64,000 nucleotides of DNA from Octopus vulgaris (Eukaryota). Shown in pieces: positions 53,160 to 64,000 of this stretch. The notes under the pieces were generated by a model. That model worked only from the letters and a program-made list of their open reading frames with translations. It did no database searches and was not told the DNA's origin. Position numbers and translations under genes: made by a program. Within the stretch, counting starts at the first letter, position 1; each line of letters opens with the position of its first letter. The stretch spans positions 68,696,001 to 68,760,000 of the forward strand of contig OX597833.1 in NCBI GenBank assembly GCA_951406725.2. The letters are read 5' to 3'.

Positions 53160-53292
53160 AGGATATCCGCGAGATAGCACCATGCTGAAAATAGCAGTCA
53201 TGATCTGACTCTAAAACCACCTTAAGGTGATTTTATAGTCAGATCATGGCTGCTATTTTTAGCATGCTGGTATCTCGTAGATACCCCAATTT
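53155..53292. repeat. 138-bp spacerless imperfect palindrome
   Basis: Centre CACCTT|AAGGTG at 53223/53224. The 69-bp arms are complementary with scattered mismatches. Confidence 0.9.
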
Positions 53293-53507
53293 ATAATTTT
53301 AATAATTATTACCTTTGAAGGTTATTTTTTCCATGCTGTCCACTTTATAAGATCATTATTTTATTTTAAATTAACGATCATATCCGTATACATATATCTC
53401 ATATTTGTGTATTAATAATATTTACTGAATCTCAGTCTTTTATGCGCTAAACCACTGTTGTTAAATTGATGTTACTGAATTAATATCCAATTTTTTTACC
53501 CTTATTT

Positions 53508-53564
<57 letters not shown>

Positions 53565-56500
53565 TATAATGAACAGTAAGAAACGTACAACTAGTTGTTA
53601 TTGTTTTGGTAACAGGCAAACCCTGTTCGAGAATAGATGAGATCATCAAAGTCATTCACATCGGATCAGTCCTTCTTTTTCCAGATATCCATTGTTTTAA
53701 AGGCAGTGGTGCAGTTTAAGAGAAATAAGGATGTTAAGTGTCTGTTCGTGCGTAAATTAGCAATTCCGTAATCGTGCACCGCTATGATGCGTGACACGCC
53801 GATCGGTCTCTTCACAATCGATGTAAGCGGATTCTAAAGTTACGAAGAGAACGCATATAAAAATAATAATCGCCCTGACACATACCGAACAATTATTTAA
53901 TTGCTTTCCATTATATTAACACCAAATGTTCCATTAGTTATGATATACGTTACTGAATTCTAAATTCATTAATTTCATGTTTCCGTAACAATATCATTAT
54001 CTGTGTAACTTAGAGCTGCCGATATAGGTATGGCGTGAAAAGGATACAACTCCTCGGGATAGTCCATCATTGAGAGGTTATGACGTCAGTAGTACAAGTT
54101 CTTCAAATGTCAGTGTCCACCAACACATCACAAGAGATTTAGCAGTCAAAGTAATGACTTCAAATAGTTCTTCAAAGGGAATGCAATTAACAAAAAAAAA
54201 ATTAAAATAATCGATGTTTATCACAGAAGTGGATTAAAGAGTTAAAAAATATTGAAGAGGCGCCAATTCTGAAAATTGTTCTCGTGGGGAAGCAATTCTT
54301 TCACCCACGATCCACAAAGTGGGCCTGAACTCGGAGCCATGTGGTTTAGAGGAAAGCTTCTTACCACACAGTCACTTCTGCGTTTCTCTATATATATGCT
54401 TGTAACAAAAGTCCAACCACTAAATAACTTTAAAAAAAAAACAGATACTACAATATCTCTATTTTCTGAAGTAGGATTAAAATATTAAACTACAGCAATG
54501 AATTTAATACACGAGAGAAGAAAATACGAAATACCATAATTTGTGAAAAAAAGGAAATGGTTACTGAAACATACTTGCATCATGCATCTTTCAAGGCAGC
54601 AGAACTTTAGTTATTTGCTTTTTTTAATGTCGTTTACATGCATAATTAATAGACGCATAAATACAGTGATAGAGATTCTTCTCCATATAATGAGTGTTGT
54701 AAACCAACCTTCAGAATTAGAATTCTGTAAGGATTCTACACAAAATGCACAATTTCGGATAAGCTATGCACTACAACTAAGTACAGAAAAACAAGCGTTA
54801 ATTCATTAATTATGTATATAAACGATTATTACCAGCTTCCATTAAGAATGCTCATTAACAGTGGGATAAAATATAAAACGTTTTTTTCTGTAGGAATCTG
54901 TGTTTGACTAGTTTAATTAAAATTTGCATTCGAACATATCAGGAACTGATAGTAATAATCCTGTGGTAGTTTGTGAAATAGAAAGTCTGTACGTTTATTG
55001 GTAACCTCGATACAACCACGGAAAAATCTGTATTCCATCCACTTGCAGATACTCCGGAACGTTCACATTTTATGCAGTGAATAACAGCAATGCAGCTGGA
55101 ACATTCGAACTCTACATATACATACACTTCTGCAATTAATAACCGTTCCACCCAAGTAGATCTTGGAACAAAACACAGAAATGTACTTACTCTGCCAACT
55201 ATTACATGGAAGTTTACTTAGTCATAAATGTAGCGCTTCTGCATAAATTTATTTAAAAATATAAATAACAAAACAGTGCTACCTCTTCACCTCCGTTGGT
55301 ATAAAAGTGCCAATATTTCAAACGAATTGCATAAAAGATATAATCAAATAGATAGCGATGCACTTAGATCTCGAGAGGAAAGGTTACAAATAAAATGTTT
55401 CCCAATAAAAGTGTTTCGTTTTATATTTTTCTTAACAAAAATCCCTTCTTACTCTCCAATTCGCCCTCTCACTCACTCACTCTCTCTATCTCACTCACTC
55501 ACTCTCTATCTCACTCACTCACTCACTCTCTCTATCTCACTCACTCTATCTCTTTCTCTCTCTCTATCCCTCTCTCTCCTTCCCTCTCTCCCTCTCTCTC
55601 CTTCCCTCTCATTCACTCACTCGTTCGTTTTGCTCTCACTGTCTTTATTCCTTCATTTTATCTTCCGTTAGATTATCTTCTAACTGAACAGTAAAACTAG
55701 TTTATGTTTAGCACCAGGTAAATTTCCCGCCGCTGAAGCAGGACTATGACTGATCAAAGGCATTCCCCCTGTGACGTGTGAACACAAAGGCGATATTCGA
55801 GACCGGACACTCAACCGGCAATTCTAACAGGTTAAGTAATTATAAAGACCCGTTTTGAAGAGCTGTTGTTTTATTCAGCTAAACAGTAGCTCACCTAGTG
55901 AGGACGCTCCAATCATCAAAGGCATTTCAACCACAATTATCCAGTCTTTCTTCATATAGCAGGAAACTGACGGGTTATACTGCTAAGGGCGGGACCACAG
56001 TGCAACAACGAAGGTTGATGGCTGTTATAAACGAGAGTGCTGGATGAAGTTTGAGCGAGAAAAGTTACGAAATCAGACTATTATGCCGAGAAGAGAAATT
56101 TTATAGTAATGACAGAAATGACAAAAGAGACACAGCTTAGCCCTCTGTCTATGGGCAGAGCCTGAGGTGTGTCAATTTGTGACTGAATTCTAAATAGTTG
56201 ATCGTTCTTTCGTAGTTAACAATGTCTACGTGTGTAGCACTAATATCGTCCCTGATGTATGGGTAATACTCTACAGAAGAACTCATTTAAGACTTGTTGA
56301 GCGTCAAAACATGAAGGAAGCTGAAATATTTTCTGTCTCTGAATGGAACAATCAGATTTTATGTTGCAGGATGCCAATCTGTTGAGTGTCTTTCGTCTGC
56401 TTACGGCCAAGAAAGCCCGTATCCGTAGTAGCAACACCGTACCCGATTTAAGCGCAAAACTTAGATCGTACACGTCTTGCATCTCGATTGATCTTTATAG

Positions 56501-57609
56501 AGTATTGATATCTGTTTGAGATAGAACTATTTTCTTGTATTGAAGGAAAGAACTATTCGTTTGGTTGCAGTTCTTGCTATGCTGCTGATGAGCCTTCACC
56601 AGATGAAATTCTCCGCAATTTTACAAATTTGCTCAGTAACAAATTGTCTCCTATACATTTACATGCAGCTGAAACAACAAAACCTTGTAACTAAATCACT
56701 TTTTAATAGTCTGTAGAAAAAAAAATTATATTCGTTCATAATTTATTAGAGACTTCTCACCACATTCAAAACAAATGTCTTGCTTCAACAGAATCATTTT
56801 CTTATTTCGTAATAAATCATACGTAGAGAACATTATATGTATAGGGAAATGTCTAACCAGGGAAATATATAAATATAAATCATAAAACCGAATCGGTAAA
56901 TTTACAGAATAATAAATATTCTGTGCGTTAAAATATTCATAATTAGATTTAAATAATTCGGACTGAAATGACTTTTAATTTTGAAATTCCGACAGAAGAA
57001 ATAGATTTTGCGAAATTTATGTTGTTTTAATGAACGATGTACTTTACGAATACTATGGATGTACACAGTAGTAGTATAGTTAATAGAGCAGTCTCTATAG
57101 AGCTATCTCTATAGTCACTGCTTTCTGAAATAAATCACCCATTGTTTTTGATAAAGTTTAAAGAAGGAAGTAAAATCTATTACTTAAACGTGACTACTTG
57201 GCTGATATTTCACGACCCTGAATATGTTCATAATTACTGTATGTAATTAATGAAGTTACGTCAGGTGTCAGGCTTCACACCAACAAAAGCAAAATGTATT
57301 CGTGGGCATATATATAAGAAATAATTGAAATTGAGTTGTATTTGGTACTTAAGTTGAAGTACTAAGTCAGCCCGGTATTATCCGCACAGCTCGAAGTGAG
57401 GTGAATAAAATCAAAATAAGCAACAGAATGCATATTAGATACACACACAAAAAGAGTGATGTAGATGACCAGACTGAAACATGGATAGAGTGCTAGATCG
57501 ATAGGGAGATTGATAACTATGATTTTTAATAGGACATCAATTATCATAATCATTTGAGATATCATAAACACAAATTGAAAACACAGATACACACACATAT
57601 ATATCTCTA

Positions 57610-57667
<58 letters not shown>

Positions 57668-57759
57668 TATTAATTAAGCAATATAAGGGTAGCAAAAAAT
57701 TCAAGAAAAATTTTTCGCCACCAGCGGTCCATTGAGAAAGAAAAATAGTCACAGACTAT

Positions 57760-58000
57760 ATATATATAATTTCAACTAGAAAGAGCAACCAAACTCAAAC
57801 CGCTAAATAGTTGTAATTCTGAAATCAAAGGAGAAATAAAAACATTTACCCTTTGCATAGTCCAAAGATGATAAGGGTAAATGTTTTTATTTCTCCTTTG
57901 ATTTCAGAATTACAACTATTTAGCGGTTTGAGTTTGACTACTCTTTCTAGTGGGTCGAATGGCCTATCAGGGCCATTCCTTAATATTGTTGAAATTATAT
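57760..58000. repeat. Foldback element with 78-bp arms
   Basis: Arms at 57776-57853 and 57873-57950 with a 19-nt loop. Outer ATAATTTCAA/TTGAAATTAT pairing resumes after a 38-nt insert in the right arm. TA-rich flanks. Confidence 0.85.
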
Positions 58001-59344
58001 ATAAATATATATATGTGTGTGTGTGCCTACGTAAAATTCTGTATTCCTTTGTCTCAACCTCTGAGAATGTGTTTGTCTGTGTGTGTGTCAAGTGGCAAAG
58101 AGACTATGCTATTAGTCGGCCGCTGTACAATTTTCTATATATCTAACCTCTGGCGAACAAAGACAAATATATACAAAAGGTAGAAAGAACATCCATTAAA
58201 TTCTCTAAGATTACAACACCTATGCATTAATATAACTGCTCTAAACAAGACAATTCCATGCCATGACCTATATGACTATTATCGAATAACCAGGGAAAAT
58301 GTGAAAAGTATAGATATATGGTGTTGGTAATATGCTATTTTGCCGTAGTTAAATTGTATTTGTATTGAAGCTTTCCTAACCATGAACGTACGATTTATTC
58401 AAGGAATTTCGCTATATACATTCATAGCAAAATTCAATTTCGCTCTTACTGTTATATGTCTTGTATGCAATTATATGTTTCTATATGATAATGGCTAGAT
58501 GTTATTTCGTTTTTTTAGAACTATTTCTCAATAAAGCAGGCCTTTATGCAATGTTCCTTACACTAGCATAAATTTATTCCTAACGGTCGTAACTATACCA
58601 TCACACAAACTATCCCTCCTTCTCCATATATATATATATATATATAAATGGATAGATAGATAGACAAATAGACAGACAAGTAGATAGATAGATAGATAGA
58701 TATTCCCTTGTCTTTTTCATCATTTTCTCCCTTCATTGAGCCATGCTTCTAAACGGCAATGCAATTTTAGATCACACTCTTGTACATAATTACACGGTTA
58801 CAACAAAATAAAATTCCAGTGTCACACATATAGAGATGCTGCAAGTAGGCGCATCTTTATTTCATAGGCGTGCAGCGCAGATATATTTGACGATTAATAA
58901 TACAAAACAAGAACTGTGTTATCAAAGAACCGCGACGCATATGCGTTATATTGGAATTGCGGGCGGACGTTTGAATATATATATGTGTGTGTGTGTGTGA
59001 TTGTTATTGTGTGGGTGAGTGTGTGTGTTTATATAAAAGACGTTTTTGTGTGTGCGTTAGACAATGGACAACAGCCATGCTAGAGCAGAGCCGTGAAGGA
59101 TTTTGGTGAAGAAATAGAATAATAGAATACGTCCGGCTTATATTGAATTCATCCTGTTTCCCGAAACACTTAGTTGCGAAGACGTAAATACACCAACGCG
59201 TGCTGACAAGCGGTGGTAGTGGACAAACACAGGCTTAAGGACACACACACATGTATACATGTGTATGTGTGTGACTATATGAGTGTGTGGAAATGTGTGT
59301 GACTGTGTGTGTGTGTATTGTGCGTGAGTGTGTGTGCGTGTGTA

Positions 59345-59728
59345 TGGAGGCGAAATGGCCCAGTGGTTAGGGCAGTGGACTCGCGGGCATAGGATTGCGG
59401 TTTCGATTCCCAGACCGGGCGTTGTGAGTGTTTATTGAGCGAAAACACATAAAGCTCCGGGAGGCTCCGGCAGGGGATTGTGGTGATCCCTACTGTACTC
59501 TTTCACCACAACTTTCTCTCACTCTTACTTCCTGTTTCTGTTGTACCTGTATTTCAAGGGGCCGGCCTTGTCACTCTCTGCGTCACGCTGAATATCCCCG
59601 AGAACTACGTTAAGGGTACACGTGTCTGTGGAGTGCTCAGCCACTTACACGTTAATTTCACGAGCAGGCTGTTCCGTTGATTCGGATCAACCGGAACCCA
59701 CATCGTCGTAACCGACGGAATGCTTCCA
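59345..59728 (+). mobile_element. SINE family C, full length
   Basis: A-box TGGCCCAGTGG, B-box GGTTTCGATTCC, and structured 3' end GTTGATTCGGATCAAC...GCTTCCA. Flanked by a duplication of about 90 bp. Confidence 0.9.
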
Positions 59729-59894
59729 TACATGTGTATGTGTGTGACTATGTGAGTGTGTGGAAATGTGTGTGACTGTGTGTGTGTGTGTGTATTGTGC
59801 GTGAGTGTGTGTGTGTGTGTATACGATGAGTTTCAATAGTTTTCCTCTCCTGAAACCTCTCACAATTCCTCGGACAGCCCTAGGCTGTAGTGGG

Positions 59895-60277
59895 TGGAAG
59901 CACTCCGTCGGTTACGACGACGAGGGTTCCGGTTGATCCGAATCAACGGAACAGCCTGCTCGTGAAATTAACGTGTAAGTGGCCGAGTACACCACAGACA
60001 CGTGTACCCTTAACGTAGTTCTTGGGGATATTCAGCGTGACGCAGAGAGTGACAAGGCCGGCCCTTTGAAATACAGGTACAACAGAAACAGGAAGTAAGA
60101 GTGAGAGAAAGTGTGGTGAAAGAGTACAGCAGGGATCACCACCATCCCTGCCGGAGCCTCGTGGAGCTTTAGGTGTTTTCGCACAATAAACACTCACAAC
60201 GCCCGGTCTGGGAATCGAAACCGCGACCCTACGACCGCGAGTCCACTGCCCTAACCACTGGGCCATTGCGCCTCCAC
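59895..60277 (-). mobile_element. SINE family C, full length
   Basis: Reverse complement of the preceding copy. TSD-like CTAGG(C/T)TGTAGT at 59880-59891 and 60279-60290. Confidence 0.9.
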
Positions 60278-60440
60278 TCTAGGTTGTAGTAAGAAGAGAG
60301 CGGCCCAACATGCGACGCAGTTTCACTGAATCTGGAACATCACGGTAGCGTGCTTACCTCACAGATGCGCCGAATAATTTATAAAAGCAGTTAAATGTTA
60401 ACTTCAAGGATGATTCTATAACCTTCCGTAGTGTACCATG

Positions 60441-60645
60441 TTTACTGTTTTACTTGTTTCAGTCATTTGACTGCGGCCATGCTGGAGCACCGCCTTTAGT
60501 CGAGCAAATCGACCCCGGGACTTATTCTTTGTAAGTCCAGTACTTATTCTATCGGTCTCTTTTGCCGAACCGCTAAGTGACGGGGACGTAAACACACCAG
60601 CATCGGTTGTCAAGCAATGCTAGGGAGACAAACACAGACACACAG

Positions 60646-60711
<66 letters not shown>

Positions 60712-60873
60712 GATGGGCTTCTTTCAGTTTCCGTCTACCAAATCCACTCACAAGGCATTGGTCGGCCCGAGGCTATAGAAAAAGACACTTGCCCAAGGTG
60801 CCACACAGTGGGACTGAACCCGGAACCATGTGGTTGGTAGGCAAGCTACTTACCACACAGCCACTCCTGCGCC
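60441..60873 (-). mobile_element. SINE family A, young full-length copy
   Basis: Complete head, internal (CA)n(TA)n and tail. Confidence 0.9.
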
Positions 60874-61138
60874 TGTTTGTTTAGATTTTACCAGGATAAT
60901 CTTCACGCTAACTCCATAGCTTCGCTGTAGATGGCGTACTAAAATGGAAGTGCGGCGTCCACTCTCAACTTCCTTCTTGTAAAATTAATTCCAGATATCC
61001 CAAGTGATAGGGTTGCATGTCCGCACATTGAAAGAAGGTATGTATGTATGTATGGAGGTTGCTAACTCGGAAGCCTAATGCGCATCCCTAGCTCCAAACT
61101 CAACTGCGACCTTGGAACCTAGCGGATGACCAATTACA

Positions 61139-61370
61139 CCTATTTCTTTATTACCCACAAGGGGCTAAACACAAAGGGGACAAACAAGGACAGACATAGG
61201 TATTAAGTCGATTACATCGACCCCAGTGCGTAACTGGTACTTAATTTATCGACCCGGAAATGATGAAAGGCAAAGTCGACCTCGTCGGAATTTGAACTCA
61301 CAACGTAACGGCAGACGAAATACGGCTTCGCATTTCGCCCAGCGTGCTAACGTTTCTGCCAGCTCGCCGC
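61139..61370 (-). mobile_element. SINE family D, young monomer
   Basis: Minus strand reads GCGGCGAGCTGGCAGAAACGTTAGCACG...GAGTTCAAATTCC...GCCTTTCATC...GGTCGATAAATTAAGTACCAG...CCCCTTGTGGGTAATAAAGAAATAGG. Confidence 0.9.
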
Positions 61371-61542
61371 GAATTATTCCACTTACTCAGCGTACTTATT
61401 CGTTTAGATCACCAGTGAACCAAACCCCTCATATTCTATATATATATTTATGCATGCATGTATGTGCGCCTTCATGTATACATTTATCGTTGTAGACATG
61501 CATCTATACCATGTTATCATTATTATTATTATTATTATTATT

Positions 61543-62018
61543 GAGTGAGAGAGCAGTGCATGCCATCAAAGTGACACTGGGGTAAAATATAAGAAGCCCA
61601 GTATATCCATCATGACTACCCGTCTCTATACGGGTACACCAGGCACATGCATCACAACCATATGTGCACGACATGGTGATCTCATATCAAGGTAAACAGC
61701 ACATGACCTTGGAGGTGGAGCTCAGTTAGAATTTTCTTCAGGTCGAGTAACCCATCCCGCTCAAAAGGGCCCTGAGTAATGGTTGTTTAAGGATGTTGAA
61801 CGAAACACCCATGTTTGCAGAGGTGAATTATTCAAACCCCAAATAATCCCTCTCAACACATGGCTATGATGCCCTGCCCCCCACTACTTCTGCTCGTGAT
61901 CAGAGATGCACATATCGTCAGCCACTAAGGGACATGCTCAACTGGTTAAGGTCAAACAACTGACAAGCATATCTGTGGTATTGAGCAGAATATTTGCTGT
62001 AGCCCATCTTTTATACCA
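61543..62018. mobile_element. Non-coding insertion of about 475 bp within a (TTA)n tract
   Basis: GC-richer block with sharp ends, (TTA)n at 61519-61542 and 62023-62045, and no credible ORF. Confidence 0.6.
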
Positions 62019-63473
62019 ATACATTATTATTATTATTATTATTATAACTGAAATTTGCTCCAAGTCAAAACAGTCGCCGTTTTGTATTAAATATCTCGAA
62101 TTGAGCAACATTACATTATCCTAACTTGCAGCAGAATATTGTATCTATTCATGGCTTGCACTAACCACGTGTTTACGTAGCAAATCTTTTAACAACACAG
62201 TCTTGCCCGAGTCTATAGAAAGCAATTTGATTATACAAACGTTAATTAAAACGTTAATTAGAGTTCGGCTCTCGTTGAGTAATATAGGTTTTTCTTCATT
62301 ACATCAATTCAGAATTTTCGCTATTTCATTTTCAATTGTGTCAATGAGAACTGCTAGCATTTGTTTGGTTAATATATTGTGTATGATCACATCTGTAGGA
62401 ATCGTTCGAAAGAAAACGAAAGTGTTTTAATATAAAGCGAATAGTAGTATAACGACAGCAATAACAAACTAACCAACCAACCGACAGACCGACCACTTAG
62501 TCAAGCGACCACTCTCTATATTGTGTAATATATAACAGATGAAAGATAACAAATAAAGGAAATAAGAGAAACTGAAACAATTAAGATTATATAACAGATA
62601 TTATTGCTTTAGGCTTCGTTTCTTCGAAGTCTTTGTGAGAATTAGTCACGCTTTTGTTAGCGTCAAAAGATAAAAAGTAAATGAAAATATAAAAGGAGAA
62701 AGAAAAAAAAAATAATTGCGTGTGTATCGCTCACTGAATTCTGTTTTGTTTCAGCGAATGAGAATTAAAACTTTGGTTCTGAGATTATAAAATGAGACTC
62801 GACCAAAATGTGTCGATCATATTCGGAGCCAGAATAAAATACATCCTGCCATCATGTTTGTGGTTACGGTGTGTGTGCGTGTGTGTGTGCATGTGTGTGT
62901 GCATGTGTGTGTGCATGTGTGTGTGCATGTGTGTGTGCATGTGTGTGTGTGTGTGTATGTGTATGTGTGTGTCTGTGTGTGTGTGTATGTGTGTGTGTGT
63001 GTGTGTCTCTGTGTGTCTGTGTATGTGTGTGTGCGTATCTCTGTGTGTGTGTGTGTGTATGTATGTGTGTCTGTGTGTATGTGTGATTAAAGCAGAGATC
63101 AAAGAGGTTGGTATGGTGCTGCAAGACGGCAAGAATTTGTATTGTTCAGAAACTTTTTCTGGAAAGACTAGAAATACAATGCGTTCAAATGTGGAAAACT
63201 CAACGTTTCGGATAGAGGATCTTCTTCAATGAAAAGTTGACAGAAGTGAAATTAACGACTTGGAGGCTTTTACATCTAATTATGTTTGAGAAACTGGTTG
63301 CAATCGTCGAAATACATATGGCCATGTAAACATCATTAGTAGAGAGACACTCACACACACGCACATATATATTTACGAACTGTCTGCAACTTTCACGTAG
63401 GAACATCTGAAGTATTCAATGGACTTTTTATATGAATGAGTATTCCAAGAAAATTCAACTAATCAGCGTTTTA

Positions 63474-63874
63474 TACTCTTTTACTCGTTTCAGTCATTTG
63501 ACTGCGGCCATGCTGGAGCACCGCCTTTAGTCGAGCAAATCGACCTCGGGACTTATTCTTTGTAAGCCCAGTACTTATTCTATCGGTCTCTTTTGCCGAA
63601 CCGCTAAGTGACGGGGACGTAAACACACCAGCATCGTTTGTCAAGCAATGATAGGGAGACAAACACAGACACACAAACACACACACACACATATATATAT
63701 ATACATATATACGACACGCTTCTTTCAGTTTCCGTCTACCAAATCCACTCACAAGGCATTGGTCAGCCCGGGGCTATAGCAGAAGACATTTGCCCAAGAT
63801 TCTACGCAGTGGGACTGAATCCGGAACCATGTGGTTGGTTAGCAAGCTACTTACCACACAGCCACTCCTGCGCC
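63474..63874 (-). mobile_element. SINE family A, young full-length copy
   Basis: Near-identical to 60441-60873. Confidence 0.9.
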
Positions 63875-64000
63875 ATACGTAATGCCATTTCACGTCTTTC
63901 CTATTAAAAACCCAAATTCTTTGTAGAATAATGGGATAGCCAAATATACCTTTGCTTAGAGTTATTGCTTTACAAAAGTTCCCCCACCCCGTCCCCAGAA

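Larger units (their letters stand above)
59066..60371 (-). mobile_element. Old SINE family A copy interrupted by two family C insertions
   Basis: 3' part (GCCATGCTAGAGCA, GACGTAAATACACCA) at 59066-59255, middle at 59822-59891, and head (CACTGAATCTGGAAC...TGCGCC) at 60290-60371. Confidence 0.65.

Noticed and set aside
56240-56482. Possible mariner transposase C-terminus on the minus strand
   Set aside because: Only a vague resemblance (LNEFF), with no YSPDLAP or catalytic motif.
59428-60266. Recurrent similar ORFs (MVIP.VLFHHNFL..., and TPGMW/EPCG-type peptides elsewhere)
   Set aside because: They recur only because they are translations of SINE copies.
62738-62870. Strong-looking splice acceptor TTCTGTTTTGTTTCAG at about 62754
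   Set aside because: There are stops in all three downstream frames and no supporting evidence. A non-coding exon cannot be excluded.

Overview
AT-rich, microsatellite-dense eukaryotic DNA with no supportable host protein-coding gene. Nearly all ORFs in the track are translations of simple repeats or transposon debris. The repeat content resembles, from memory and not from a search, the genome of an octopus, and the window looks like intergenic or large-intron sequence. It contains four tRNA-headed SINE families (my labels A-D) in young and decayed copies, two non-autonomous Helitrons, and decayed RTE, CR1/Jockey-group and R4/Dong-type LINE fragments. It also contains a Tc1/mariner (maT/DD37D-like) transposase pseudogene and several short foldback elements lodged in (TA)n tracts. 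The most notable signal is a set of minimal type-I hammerhead-ribozyme-like motifs from at least three distinct short repeats. In one family, each intact copy is a hairpin carrying back-to-back ribozyme motifs on both strands. Other highlights are a tail-to-tail inverted SINE pair nested in an older SINE, an approximately 90-bp target-site-like duplication, a 122-bp direct repeat 3.8 kb apart, and a CpG-depleted island with a candidate 42-nt micro-exon. All alignments and translations were done by eye, so boundaries of decayed elements are approximate.
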